DNA from: a virus | Taxonomy: Duplodnaviria; Caudoviricetes | Length of the DNA: 43,982 bases | Virus record (IMG/VR): IMGVR_UViG_3300032233_000914 | Location: 1 to 43,982 of that record | Strand: one strand, 5' to 3' | Part shown: one piece after another, positions 20,379 through 29,661 of the stretch | How the letters are laid out: each line of letters begins with the position of its first letter | Numbering within the stretch: position 1 is the stretch's first letter | The notes under the pieces: model-generated | What the model saw: only the letters and a program-made list of their open reading frames with translations | What the model was told of the DNA's origin: nothing | Database searches by the model: none | Position numbers and translations under genes: made by a program

Positions 20379-20570
20379 ATGGCACCAACGAACAGCATAT
20401 TTGATGACGATCCAAGCAGAGATGCCTACGACAACTACAAACGTGCCTTCCCAGACACACTACCAGACGAAGATGAATACAAACATTACGACAAACTATT
20501 TGGTTCTTATTATGACGGGGAATACGATCTAACAAAAAAATATCCCACTAAACCCCAGTACGATAACTAA
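20379..20570 (+). CDS. Small acidic hypothetical protein
   Basis: 63 aa, D/Y-rich, fills the gap in the lysis cassette. Confidence 0.5.
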   Translation: MAPTNSIFDDDPSRDAYDNYKRAFPDTLPDEDEYKHYDKLFGSYYDGEYDLTKKYPTKPQYDN

Positions 20571-20585
20571 TTAAGGACAACAAAT

Positions 20586-20813
20586 ATGAAAATATTTATA
20601 CGAATTGGCGCCGTTTTTGCATACTCATCCATGTCCATAATCGGAGGCGCATCAATCCTCGGCGGAATCCCAGTATGGAAAGCAGCTTTCCTAGCAGGTA
20701 TTGCAGCCTGTGCGCAGGTAGTAGAGAGATTGGCACGTGCATATGCTGACGACGGCAAAATCACCAAAGAAGAACTCAACTCCGCCTTCAACCTCTCCGC
20801 ACCCGAAGAGTGA
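20586..20813 (+). CDS. Putative holin
   Basis: Two hydrophobic segments and a charged C-terminus (DDGKITKEE), next to the endolysin. Confidence 0.6.
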   Translation: MKIFIRIGAVFAYSSMSIIGGASILGGIPVWKAAFLAGIAACAQVVERLARAYADDGKITKEELNSAFNLSAPEE

Positions 20814-20816
20814 ATC

Positions 20817-21008
20817 GTGGAAGTCATTTGGGTTCCCGTACTAGTCGCCCTCATAGGCGGGCCACTCATGTGGCTACTATCAAGATTTGACAAACGAAAC
20901 ACACAACAACACGGTGCAAATATGCAAGTATTAGAGCGCATCGAACAAAAAATAGATACAGTAGACAACAGGCTATACGAACACGTAAAAGACCATCCGA
21001 CTAAATAG
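20817..21008 (+). CDS. Small membrane protein (holin/lysis-associated)
   Basis: N-terminal transmembrane segment followed by a coiled coil. Confidence 0.6.
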   Translation: MEVIWVPVLVALIGGPLMWLLSRFDKRNTQQHGANMQVLERIEQKIDTVDNRLYEHVKDHPTK

Positions 21009-21016
21009 AGGGAAAC

Positions 21017-22072
21017 ATGAACACCAATGAGGGGTCAGACGAGACACGTCTACAAGCAGAACTAATTAAACTACGACGCCAGCGTGACTCATCCAATAAT
21101 CAAAACGCACATCTACTAGAAACAGTAGACGAACTCCAACGAACTATAGACCTCTTGGAATTAGTTCGTGATAGTGAATGTGAAGCACCACAATGGCTAC
21201 TACCAAAGCCATCGGGTAAAAAGAAACACGCAACCTTAGCTTTACTTCTTTCAGACACACACTTTGATGAAGTAGTAAACCCTGAAGAGGTTGGTTACCT
21301 AAACAAATATAATCGCCGTATCGCAGAGATGCGCCTTCGTGCATGGACAGAAAACTCAGTCAAACTTGCCCGCCATTATTTATCGGGCGTCACTTACGAT
21401 GGCGTTGTTTTAATGCTGGGCGGTGACACATTTAGCGGTGACATACATGAAGAACTAGCCCAAACAAATGCGGATACCATTCTTGGATCAGTACTTCATT
21501 GGACCGAGCAGTTGGCTGCAAGTATTAATGTGCTGGCTGGTGAATTTGGTAAAGTTCATGTTGCTGCCGTGCCAGGTAATCATGGCAGATTGTCACGTAA
21601 ACCTCGAATGAAGTTGCGTTCTAAAACAAACATGGACTGGTTGCTTGCCAAGATGCTTGAGCGCACGTTTGTTACGGATAAGCGTGTGACTTTTCAAGTG
21701 GGCGAGAATGCTGACGCTTTAGTAAACATATACGGCAAAGGTCATCTGCTTACTCACGGTGATCAAGTCAATGGTGGTGGCGGCATCGGTGGTATCTGGC
21801 CACCCATCATGCGCATGCGAGCACGTAAAGCTCAACGGGCTATGGAAATCAATGAACCATTTCAGACTTTATGGATGGGTCACTGGCACCAGTTGATTCA
21901 GACCCCTGGCATTATTGTAAACGGCAGTCTCAAAGGGACTGACGAGTACGCATGGATTAATAATTTTGGTCACGAGGTTCCCCAGCAAGCTTTGGCTGTG
22001 GTCACTCCCGAACATGGTGTGACTATTCAAGCGCCAGTCTTTTGTATGGACCGCAAAAAGGAGAAATGGTGA
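21017..22072 (+). CDS. Calcineurin-like metallophosphoesterase with an N-terminal coiled coil
   Basis: DxH (SDTH), GD (GGDTFSG), GNH (PGNHG), HGD and GHxH (GHWH) motifs. Confidence 0.88.
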   Translation: MNTNEGSDETRLQAELIKLRRQRDSSNNQNAHLLETVDELQRTIDLLELVRDSECEAPQWLLPKPSGKKKHATLALLLSDTHFDEVVNPEEVGYLNKYNRRIAEMRLRAWTENSVKLARHYLSGVTYDGVVLMLGGDTFSGDIHEELAQTNADTILGSVLHWTEQLAASINVLAGEFGKVHVAAVPGNHGRLSRKPRMKLRSKTNMDWLLAKMLERTFVTDKRVTFQVGENADALVNIYGKGHLLTHGDQVNGGGGIGGIWPPIMRMRARKAQRAMEINEPFQTLWMGHWHQLIQTPGIIVNGSLKGTDEYAWINNFGHEVPQQALAVVTPEHGVTIQAPVFCMDRKKEKW

Positions 22073-22401
22073 ACCCTGTTCTTGTTATTTGGCATGATGC
22101 CCACGCTGGCTCTGGTACATGGGAGCATTTACGCGACCTTGAAGATGACGGCAATTATGTGGTCCGGTCTATTGGCTATCTAATTGACGTTAAAAAGCAT
22201 GGGAAAAAGAAACATATTTCAATTGCACAGTCGCTGAGTGAAGCTGATTGTGTAGACTCGGTTCTCCATATTCCTGTTGCCATGGTGCAGCAGGTTATCA
22301 AACTTGTTGAAGAGACCGTTAAAGAGGAACAATGCATCTCAATCCCAGTCAGGCAGACACAGCCATCTACTTCTTGGAGCGGGTCTCGCCCCGAAGTATG
22401 A
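22042..22401 (+). CDS. Conserved phage hypothetical protein (WxDA family); start may be 22066
   Basis: 'VIWHDAH...SIGYL...IPVAMV' pattern. Confidence 0.65.
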   Translation: MYGPQKGEMVNPVLVIWHDAHAGSGTWEHLRDLEDDGNYVVRSIGYLIDVKKHGKKKHISIAQSLSEADCVDSVLHIPVAMVQQVIKLVEETVKEEQCISIPVRQTQPSTSWSGSRPEV

Positions 22402-22520
22402 AAGATCAAGAGTTACTTGCAGCAATTATTGATGTGTTAAAGAAAGGATTTCGTCATGACGTTTTTGGCGATGTATCTACGGGACACCAAAATTTGGCGT
22501 ATCCTAGTCCGCGCATTTAA
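22332..22520 (+). CDS. Hypothetical protein
   Basis: GAGG RBS before the ATG; last gene of the rightward arm. Confidence 0.5.
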   Translation: MHLNPSQADTAIYFLERVSPRSMKDQELLAAIIDVLKKGFRHDVFGDVSTGHQNLAYPSPRI

Positions 22521-23013
22521 ATGACCAAGGTTTCCAGCCACACAAACCTTTTTCTTCACGTGCTGACCATAGACGGTATGCGAAGTAAAGATTGTTGGCA
22601 GGAATAAATAAATCAGTAGGGAATGTCATTCCCATTTGTAACGCCCAATCAGTATGGACCTGATTAATTTGGGCCAATCCCGCATCATGTCCATTCCACG
22701 CAGAAGGAGTACATCGTGACTCACGATAAAGAACATATCCAAGACGAGGCCATTCGGAAGCGGGCCAACCAACTTCTAGAGCGAGGTCGTGCCATTCTCC
22801 GCATTGTCCCCAAATTGCCCGAGCCAGTTCAACTGTTTGCTCGTAAGTTAATTGCACGGGTGCAAGCGTTGTCGGCGGCGCAACCGTTGTTGTCGTGGTT
22901 GAAGTGGTTGATACTGCCGATAATTTTATGGGCGGTAATGATTCTTTCGCTGGTCCGCTGATAGCAGGACTGCAAGCAGATAACACAAATAGAGCTACAA
23001 TAATTCTTTTCAT
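22504..23013 (-). CDS. Lipoprotein with a lytic transglycosylase (SLT/lysozyme-like) domain
   Basis: Signal peptide with lipobox LSAC, Thr/Pro linker, and 'RESRC...DAGLAQIN...N...W.PW'. Confidence 0.8.
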   Translation of the reverse strand: MKRIIVALFVLSACSPAISGPAKESLPPIKLSAVSTTSTTTTTVAPPTTLAPVQLTYEQTVELARAIWGQCGEWHDLALEVGWPASEWPRLGYVLYRESRCTPSAWNGHDAGLAQINQVHTDWALQMGMTFPTDLFIPANNLYFAYRLWSAREEKGLCGWKPWSFKCAD

Positions 23014-23024
23014 CGTATTGCCTT

Positions 23025-23186
23025 TCAGTTAGGTATGGTACGGACAAGATTCATTTCTCGTCCTCCACGCACATGCTTTATGCAACGCGGGGGTTCATTA
23101 AGAACCACATTGGTAATTATACCATTGTCACAAGCAGGACACTTCCATACTTGTGATCCTTTGGGATATTCCCTTTGTTTACTCAT
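23025..23186 (-). CDS. Small zinc-ribbon protein, 53 aa (absent from the ORF track)
   Basis: MSKQREYPKGSQVWKCPACDNGIITNVVLNEPPRCIKH...; CxxC and CxxH, GAGG RBS, ATGA overlap with the upstream gene. Confidence 0.7.
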   Translation of the reverse strand: MSKQREYPKGSQVWKCPACDNGIITNVVLNEPPRCIKHVRGGREMNLVRTIPN

Positions 23187-23602
23187 TGTTCCTCTATAAT
23201 AATGTAAACTAAGTCACATTTTCCGAACACTGGCTCTCTTGTTTCCACATACTGGGGTGTGTCATCCGGCCAGAGGTTTGCATCTGTGAGCCCGTCGATG
23301 ATTGGTTTAATGGTCGGATAGTAATTGTGTGGGTCTCGTCGTCGGTTAGATGTAACTGGAAAGATGAAACGGATGACTGCTTTGTGGTCAAGTCTCCGCG
23401 CATCAAAGTCCATACGCCATGCACAAGCCGCATAAAACGCCGCATCACGCCAAGCTCTCTTCGTCTTGGCATTCCAAGTCCAATGTTTCCGTTGATTCAT
23501 CGTCATGTATGGCCCTGGTTGTTCTAGCGGAATTACGATCCCATTCTCTTTGAGACCTAATTGTCCTGCGTTCACGAGCAGATTTTCCACCGTAGAATCC
23601 AT
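23183..23602 (-). CDS. rusA: RusA-like Holliday junction resolvase (start uncertain)
   Basis: 'RRRDPHNYYPTIKPIIDGLTDANLWPDD' matches the RusA DxxN...K...D....DD motif. Confidence 0.8.
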   Translation of the reverse strand: MDSTVENLLVNAGQLGLKENGIVIPLEQPGPYMTMNQRKHWTWNAKTKRAWRDAAFYAACAWRMDFDARRLDHKAVIRFIFPVTSNRRRDPHNYYPTIKPIIDGLTDANLWPDDTPQYVETREPVFGKCDLVYIIIEEQ

Positions 23603-23801
23603 ATAAGTCCATTTCTGTGTTGAGTGCTGACTCTAGACACTCTACATTGACTGGACAAGATCCGCATATTTCTTTGATGGCATGTATATGTTTAACATCT
23701 ACGCCTACTTCAGGGAAAAATATATTAACATCCATCCCTCGGCACATAGCATCTAAACGCCATTCTTCATTTTTGCGATCAAATATTCTCAAGTTGTTCA
23801 C
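23445..23801 (-). CDS. whiB: WhiB-family transcriptional regulator
   Basis: W..A.C...FFP...C..CPV...C..A...GFYGG.S..ER. Confidence 0.92.
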   Translation of the reverse strand: MNNLRIFDRKNEEWRLDAMCRGMDVNIFFPEVGVDVKHIHAIKEICGSCPVNVECLESALNTEMDLYGFYGGKSARERRTIRSQREWDRNSARTTRAIHDDESTETLDLECQDEESLA

Positions 23802-23934
23802 TTATCTTTTCTAAAATCAATTGAATAGATTCTAGTGTTTCAACAATCTGATGCAAATTCCTATTTGAATTAGCTTGGGCTGCACGATCACGTATTTCTC
23901 TATTAAGGTCATCAATTCTTTTGTCGTAACTCAT
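23779..23934 (-). CDS. Small coiled-coil protein, 51 aa (absent from the ORF track)
   Basis: MSYDKRIDDLNREIRDRAAQANSNRNLHQIVETLESIQLILEKISEQLENI; ATGA overlap with the upstream gene. Confidence 0.6.
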   Translation of the reverse strand: MSYDKRIDDLNREIRDRAAQANSNRNLHQIVETLESIQLILEKISEQLENI

Positions 23935-24944
23935 ACTGTTTTCCAAATCGGGATACCATCAGGACTAATACCTACAGGGATAATAGTGCCAGCAACCATA
24001 CGATCATGCGCTGACTGCAACCGAGCATAGTTATCGTCAGTCAAAGCAAACTCTTTACCTTTGATCTGACGAACAATAGCCGACCACAACTGCAACCCAT
24101 TTAACTCAAAGAACTCTGCGTCTTTGATAATCAAAGCACGTATCGCAACCTCACGAGGATCTTCGTCAACCAGCTCCGCTTCAATCACATCGTTATCTGA
24201 CGCAACTACCGATGTGGTACGAGGCAACGCAACCTGTGTGGTCGTCATACCTATACCAGCAATTTGTGCATGGCCAGCAAGAATTTGATTAGGTGAATCC
24301 AACATAGTCAAAGTAGGACAAACAAAGTTACGCTTACCAGACGGACGCATCTGCGAACGCTTTTCAATACCAAGAGCAACACGGACCATACTGCCTGACT
24401 CATTCAACTGACTAATCAGATCAGCCATACCAGGCAACTCTTTCAAAGCATTCCAACCTTTAGTTTCTAAACGCCACACGCCTCGAAACGGCACATTAGG
24501 TAACAACACTTTGAGTCGTGTATGCGGTGAACATTCCATATTGTTTTTACCCACACAAATACAGGGCGTATCAACAGGCTCCCATTGACCAGGACCGGTC
24601 TGCTGAGGAACCTGACATTTCTCACCATCGCAACGACGCAACAAACCACTACCCGCATACATCTCATACCAAGTAGACACAGGGTTTGGCGGCAAAAACA
24701 CTTCAATGCTATTACTCTGTGTTACTACTTCCCACTGATTATTAGGTGAAGCTTTAGGATCATTCCAAGGTTGCACTGTGCCACCATACTGTTGGGCTAA
24801 AGCTTCAATGCAATCTTTAAAGGGTGAAGTAAACCTGAAAGTATCAAGCGACTTCATAGCCTTACCTGTACGTATACCTAGGCGGATACGACCAGCCTCA
24901 GGTGCACGGGTCTCAATATCAGCTAACGGTTGTATTGGTCTCAT
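23931..24944 (-). CDS. Gp3-like / recombination-directionality-factor-like protein (putative annealing protein)
   Basis: 'GRIRLG...FRFTS', 'RRCDG..C...C.C...C', 'GVWRLETKGWNA..EL'. Confidence 0.7.
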   Translation of the reverse strand: MRPIQPLADIETRAPEAGRIRLGIRTGKAMKSLDTFRFTSPFKDCIEALAQQYGGTVQPWNDPKASPNNQWEVVTQSNSIEVFLPPNPVSTWYEMYAGSGLLRRCDGEKCQVPQQTGPGQWEPVDTPCICVGKNNMECSPHTRLKVLLPNVPFRGVWRLETKGWNALKELPGMADLISQLNESGSMVRVALGIEKRSQMRPSGKRNFVCPTLTMLDSPNQILAGHAQIAGIGMTTTQVALPRTTSVVASDNDVIEAELVDEDPREVAIRALIIKDAEFFELNGLQLWSAIVRQIKGKEFALTDDNYARLQSAHDRMVAGTIIPVGISPDGIPIWKTV

Positions 24945-25467
24945 AAGTTTGTTCTGCCTCCAAGGTCAGACGATCCATCTCTTTGAGATAAGCATCGTTC
25001 ATTTCGTCATACCACGCATCTTCGTCATCTTCATTATACTCTGGCAGATCAGGCTCACTACTATCGGCGTACAAAAGTTCACCGCCAGATACAACAGTTA
25101 CTCCAAGAAATCCCATGCCACGTTCTTCATATTGCATTAAGAATGTAAGTGTAGGAAATGGAACAGAGATCTTTTTTAGGAAGTCATCAGAGTACGGACC
25201 CCATGCAGTTTGATAATGAAAGATAGCTTCATCAGGTACGTCTTTAAATAACTGTGTGTCATAGTCGCCCCATTTAGTACCCCAATTACTTACGCACCAT
25301 TCATACCAATGATCGGCTTCTTTATGTGCAACGGGGATAGGCATATGTTGCGAGATCACATAAGGTTCTTTTTCATCGCACTTAGTAATGTGAATGAAAC
25401 GCCGAATGTCTATATCTGGCCCAGTAATTACTAGCGTATTATCACAATGATTAGGCATCAGCCCCAT
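24919..25467 (-). CDS. DUF1281/YubB-like ferredoxin-fold protein
   Basis: 'MPNHCDNTL', 'WYEWCVSNWGTKW', 'TAWGP', 'YEERGMGF'. Confidence 0.75.
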   Translation of the reverse strand: MGLMPNHCDNTLVITGPDIDIRRFIHITKCDEKEPYVISQHMPIPVAHKEADHWYEWCVSNWGTKWGDYDTQLFKDVPDEAIFHYQTAWGPYSDDFLKKISVPFPTLTFLMQYEERGMGFLGVTVVSGGELLYADSSEPDLPEYNEDDEDAWYDEMNDAYLKEMDRLTLEAEQTYETNTTVS

Positions 25468-25730
25468 CCTCTCGTACGGTATTCTCTATCTTCTGGCGGA
25501 TCAGGCGGTGTATTAAGCATCTCTAAATAACCTTCTACGCCACCCTTGTAGTCATTACTATCTCGAAAGTCATCTTCATCTTTGCCAGGATTAGCAAACA
25601 TGTATTCATTTAAATGTTCCCAATAAGAATCAGACTCGTCATACTGCTCAGATGCTGACTCATACTCATCTTCAGCTTCATGCTCATCTTCATAAGGCTG
25701 CTCAAGCCATCTGTCATAATCAGTTGTCAT
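25458..25730 (-). CDS. Small, highly acidic protein
   Basis: D/E-rich 90 aa with AAGGA RBS. Confidence 0.65.
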   Translation of the reverse strand: MTTDYDRWLEQPYEDEHEAEDEYESASEQYDESDSYWEHLNEYMFANPGKDEDDFRDSNDYKGGVEGYLEMLNTPPDPPEDREYRTRGWG

Positions 25731-25751
25731 ATCAATTTCCTTTAGTAATCA

Positions 25752-26075
25752 CTAATCTTTTTGGATAGGTATATAACGAACACGATCGTTGCTAGGAACA
25801 CGCTGAACATAACCATTTTCTTCTAACACTCCTCGTACTTTTGCAAGTACATTACGTTGTTGACGGACACCACTAATACGTTCGGCACGCTCTAACAAAT
25901 CATCATCAGACACAGGCTGATTGCCATTAACAATGTACGCATCTTCAATAGCTTGCAATGCTAATTTAGCTAATCCTTTGTCAGTACGTATCCGCCGAAC
26001 AGCCTGATGGCTGGACGGCGGATCAAACGTACGAGCATCAGGACCAGCTGGTTCTAATGACAATTCAAGTTGCAT
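25752..26075 (-). CDS. Putative winged-helix DNA-binding protein
   Basis: 'ARTFDPPSS' N-terminus and 'R..LEENGYVQR' helix-wing pattern. Confidence 0.55.
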   Translation of the reverse strand: MQLELSLEPAGPDARTFDPPSSHQAVRRIRTDKGLAKLALQAIEDAYIVNGNQPVSDDDLLERAERISGVRQQRNVLAKVRGVLEENGYVQRVPSNDRVRYIPIQKD

Positions 26076-26335
26076 CAGAACCCTTGGGTCTCTGCTTCAA
26101 CACCAATGTAACGCACATAGATATCAAACAAAGAAGTACCCTTCTCGTTCTTACCTTTAGATACGGTACGAGCTTCAAGACCTTCATAAGTCTTGGCAAG
26201 TGTATACACACTAGATGCATACGTATCTGTACGCCACAACGCCCAAGCACCAGGGTTGGTTTTAAGTGCATCAACAAATTCGCCATGACGCGAACTCTTT
26301 TTTGCTGGTGGATTACTCCAATTGATTTCCATCAT
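26075..26335 (-). CDS. Hypothetical protein
   Basis: 'LKTNPGAWA...IYVRY' pattern familiar from actinophages; GGAG RBS. Confidence 0.65.
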   Translation of the reverse strand: MMEINWSNPPAKKSSRHGEFVDALKTNPGAWALWRTDTYASSVYTLAKTYEGLEARTVSKGKNEKGTSLFDIYVRYIGVEAETQGF

Positions 26336-26341
26336 TTCTCC

Positions 26342-27622
26342 TTATTCATTCTCATCTTCGAGATCTTCATCATCCTCATCCTCTTCAGGAGGTTCAGGCA
26401 TATCTAACATTGCAGGCATTTCAAGACCTTCCAATGCAAGCACAGGTTCAATGTCACCATCTAACTCACCGTTGTCATACATACAACACAACAATGCTTG
26501 AATAACATTCTCAGAACTAGCATTAAGCCATCCATCCCAAACATCTTCACAATCATCAAAGTCAAGACCAAGCAATGACTCAACAGAACTTTGTGCGTCA
26601 TACATCTCATTAACAAGTGTACGAATAGAACTACGCAACATAACCTGACGAGCAGCATGACTCTTATCAGTAATCAAACTCTTGACAATCATCTTAGAAG
26701 CTAACTTATAGTTAACCATCGCATCATGATTGATCTTACGAACACGATCACGCTCATCATGGTAAGCATCCCAAGGATCAACCTCATCATTCTCAGCAAT
26801 ACGCTCAGCAACAATGATTCCGTTATAACTCTGATACAACACGTCAGAATCCGAAGGCATATACGATTCAAGTTGATCAGTAGCCATCACAGCAATTATT
26901 TCAACATTGAAATCTGGCCGACTATCAAGCACCGTATACCGAGACTTAAACTCATCAACAATCTTCTTGTCAAGAGCACGAGCATCAGCACGACGAGCAC
27001 CATCAATATCCCAAGAACTAAACGAAACAGGATCAGTAGACTCGTTCTTCAAAGCCTTCTTAACCAAAGGCTTCAACGACTCCTCGCTAATACCAATCAT
27101 CTGAACAGCATCAGACAACTTAAGCTTCTTATCAGCAAGCAATGAACGCACATCATCAGGCAACGTCAACAAATTCAAACGCTGAGAAACAAAACTTTGA
27201 GACCGACCAATCTTGTCAGCAATCTCAGTCTGATTAAACCCAGAATCCAACAAAGACTTAAACGCCTTAGCCTCATCAAGCGGAGACAAATCCTCACGCT
27301 GCAAATTCTCAATCAACATCACCTGGGTAACAGCACGATCATCAAAATCGTTACGCACCAACACAGGCACAAGCCAATCATCAGAATGCAAACGAGTCAA
27401 AGCCTCAAGCCGGCGATGGCCAGCAACAACGACAAAGCCATCCTCAACATCACCAAGTTCTTGAACAATCAACGGTGTCAACAAACCCACTTGAGCAATT
27501 GAATTCATCAAGTCAATGATGTTGTTTTCATCCATAAATCCACGCACATTATTATTAGAAGGATACAAATCCTTCAACGCAACATGAATGATTTCATTCT
27601 TCGTTATTTGTTGTTGTTCCAT
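26342..27622 (-). CDS. parB: ParB/Spo0J-family protein
   Basis: 'LMNSI...GLLTP', 'AGHRR', 'ENLQREDLSPLDEA', and an HTH 'QTEIADKIGRSQSFVSQRL'. Confidence 0.9.
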   Translation of the reverse strand: MEQQQITKNEIIHVALKDLYPSNNNVRGFMDENNIIDLMNSIAQVGLLTPLIVQELGDVEDGFVVVAGHRRLEALTRLHSDDWLVPVLVRNDFDDRAVTQVMLIENLQREDLSPLDEAKAFKSLLDSGFNQTEIADKIGRSQSFVSQRLNLLTLPDDVRSLLADKKLKLSDAVQMIGISEESLKPLVKKALKNESTDPVSFSSWDIDGARRADARALDKKIVDEFKSRYTVLDSRPDFNVEIIAVMATDQLESYMPSDSDVLYQSYNGIIVAERIAENDEVDPWDAYHDERDRVRKINHDAMVNYKLASKMIVKSLITDKSHAARQVMLRSSIRTLVNEMYDAQSSVESLLGLDFDDCEDVWDGWLNASSENVIQALLCCMYDNGELDGDIEPVLALEGLEMPAMLDMPEPPEEDEDDEDLEDENE

Positions 27623-27857
27623 TTGTTTCCCTCACATATTCATCTAATGCATCATGATCAAGATCACGATCTAAAAACCCAACACCATCAGGTGTCGCTT
27701 GTGTTAATTCGAGCAAGTATTCGTAAACAAAATCTAAATATGTTTCGCTATCTGAATTTCTTACTAACGAATGTAAACCTTCATCGTTGTCCAACCATAA
27801 GACAACATTCCATGTCTCATAGTTTTTCCAACCGTTATACGTCGTATTTGTTTCCAT
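27594..27857 (-). CDS. Conserved phage hypothetical protein
   Basis: 'YNGWKNYETW...WLDND'; start moved to the ATG after GGAGG. Confidence 0.7.
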   Translation of the reverse strand: METNTTYNGWKNYETWNVVLWLDNDEGLHSLVRNSDSETYLDFVYEYLLELTQATPDGVGFLDRDLDHDALDEYVRETNGTTTNNEE

Positions 27858-28032
27858 ATATTTCCTCCAAACAATTTGCACAATATTCTGCGCTATCGCC
27901 ACCTTCATGGCAGCCATTCCAACCTTCATATTTCATATCGTGAACACGACAATATTCTTGATGACACCAATCACCACAAAATGGGATTACATCAACAAGA
28001 TCACCGCCCAACACAACCTCTAAGTAATGCAT
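27835..28032 (-). CDS. Small Cys-rich protein
   Basis: Translationally coupled start; several Cys including CxxC. Confidence 0.55.
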   Translation of the reverse strand: MHYLEVVLGGDLVDVIPFCGDWCHQEYCRVHDMKYEGWNGCHEGGDSAEYCANCLEEIYGNKYDV

Positions 28033-28976
28033 CAGAACGGATCTCTAACAGTCACTGGAACTGCATTATCTTGAACACACTGTTCTTTCCAATCACAATA
28101 ATCACAGAACCAAACCTTGCCAGTATCCTCAATGATCGTAGGTTCAAGAGCATTCAAACGAATCCACTGGCCACGACTCGGATCACTAATGAACGCACCA
28201 TACGGAATTGAATCATCATGGATAGCAGTAGGCACAGTAAAGTCCTCAATACTCATCAACTTACTGACATGCGCAATACGATCAATCTCACGATAAGCAA
28301 GCGCCTCATACTCATCACGTGTGTAATGCCACTCAGCAGCAAACCTACCAAGATCACCAGGCACATACGACTTCATACTTGGTGACAGATTCTCCATTGC
28401 AAGATAAGCAACAACAACACGATCAGCATCAAGAGATAAAGCAGACAAAGCAGCCTGCAACACATGACCTGAACGTGGACCTTGCGCCGGACCCTTAAAG
28501 TCTGTAGCCATAGACTTGAAACCAAAACCATTAACAGTCTTGAACTCAACTACTGCATCAACAGAACCATCGGGATGATAAGTCACAATGTCAGCATGAG
28601 CAGAACCTTCAACACCAATGTTACGAAGATCAACCTGAACCTCAAACTTGGCGCTAGGAAACGCATTGGCCATAGCATCCTCTAACCCAGCATGTACTAA
28701 TGTGCCTAACGACATTCGATAAGCATCAGCAATGTTAGGAATAGGACGAGGTGTATTAGCCATACCATAAGCCAACTGACGATCACAACGGAACGCAGCA
28801 AACGAAGCACGATACGGTAACCCTGCAACAGCAGTAGCACGCATATGCTCACCCTTATCTTGATACTGCTGATACCACGATTCGGCAACAGCTTTCACAA
28901 AGATTGGGTAACCTGTAGGCGGTACTCCACCTGAACGGTGTGACTCTGCCAACCCTGATAGATCTTTCTTAACCAT
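28032..28976 (-). CDS. PD-(D/E)xK (Cas4/RecB-like) exonuclease
   Basis: 'CDRQ', 'GTLVH', 'HADIV', 'EFKT', 'Q', and a terminal 'CDYCDWKEQC' Fe-S motif. Confidence 0.85.
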   Translation of the reverse strand: MVKKDLSGLAESHRSGGVPPTGYPIFVKAVAESWYQQYQDKGEHMRATAVAGLPYRASFAAFRCDRQLAYGMANTPRPIPNIADAYRMSLGTLVHAGLEDAMANAFPSAKFEVQVDLRNIGVEGSAHADIVTYHPDGSVDAVVEFKTVNGFGFKSMATDFKGPAQGPRSGHVLQAALSALSLDADRVVVAYLAMENLSPSMKSYVPGDLGRFAAEWHYTRDEYEALAYREIDRIAHVSKLMSIEDFTVPTAIHDDSIPYGAFISDPSRGQWIRLNALEPTIIEDTGKVWFCDYCDWKEQCVQDNAVPVTVRDPF

Positions 28977-29042
28977 TTTATTCTCTTTTCTGACTCACGG
29001 CGTGTCCATTCGCCTTGCCAATATGTCCTGCCAATATAGCAG

Positions 29043-29417
29043 TTACGCGGTCTTACTTCCTACATTGTCAGAGAAAATGTAATCATCTTCTTTCCAACCT
29101 TTAACTATTTGATCAGCATCAACTTCATACATCGCATCAAAGATACGACAGTCAATACACTGACATAACGCATGATGCTCGGCAATATCAACATCCTCTG
29201 ATACTGCATACACATCTATTAACCCTTGAACATTCATAAGTAACCCTCCGTTACGAATAAAAATATTGAAATCAACTAAACATTCACGGCATAAAGACCA
29301 ATAACCTTGGCCGAATACCGTAAATGCTTCAATAGTTGCGTGCTCTGATTTATGTGCCCTACATCTAGCGCACCTAATCATGTGCCTAGAATCCGGGATC
29401 TGATGTATCTTCCACAT
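29043..29417 (-). CDS. Cys-rich putative zinc-finger protein
   Basis: CARC, CREC and CQCIDC. Confidence 0.55.
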   Translation of the reverse strand: MWKIHQIPDSRHMIRCARCRAHKSEHATIEAFTVFGQGYWSLCRECLVDFNIFIRNGGLLMNVQGLIDVYAVSEDVDIAEHHALCQCIDCRIFDAMYEVDADQIVKGWKEDDYIFSDNVGSKTA

Positions 29418-29649
29418 TTAAAATGCTGGACAAAAGATCACGCAACAAAGTGGCCTGTTCAATATCATAAATAAATAACTCCTTATATTCAATCTCTGTC
29501 TCTAGATGACAAATTAATTCCAAGACCCCAACCTCAGCTGAAGTCTTGGAATTAATATCATTCATAAGAAACACACCAACATCTTTAACAATTAAAGTAC
29601 TTGGCGAATCCAATACATACTTTTGGATATCTGCTTCTGTAATTAACAA
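29386..29649 (-). CDS. Hypothetical protein
   Basis: TTG start after GGAG; fills the gap after ssb. Confidence 0.55.
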   Translation of the reverse strand: MLITEADIQKYVLDSPSTLIVKDVGVFLMNDINSKTSAEVGVLELICHLETEIEYKELFIYDIEQATLLRDLLSSILNVEDTSDPGF

Positions 29650-29661
29650 ACTAACTCCTAA

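Noticed and set aside
28985-29040. Short direct repeat TGCCAATAT x2 upstream of the exonuclease gene
   Set aside because: Only two 9-mers, not noticed elsewhere; too weak to call an operator.
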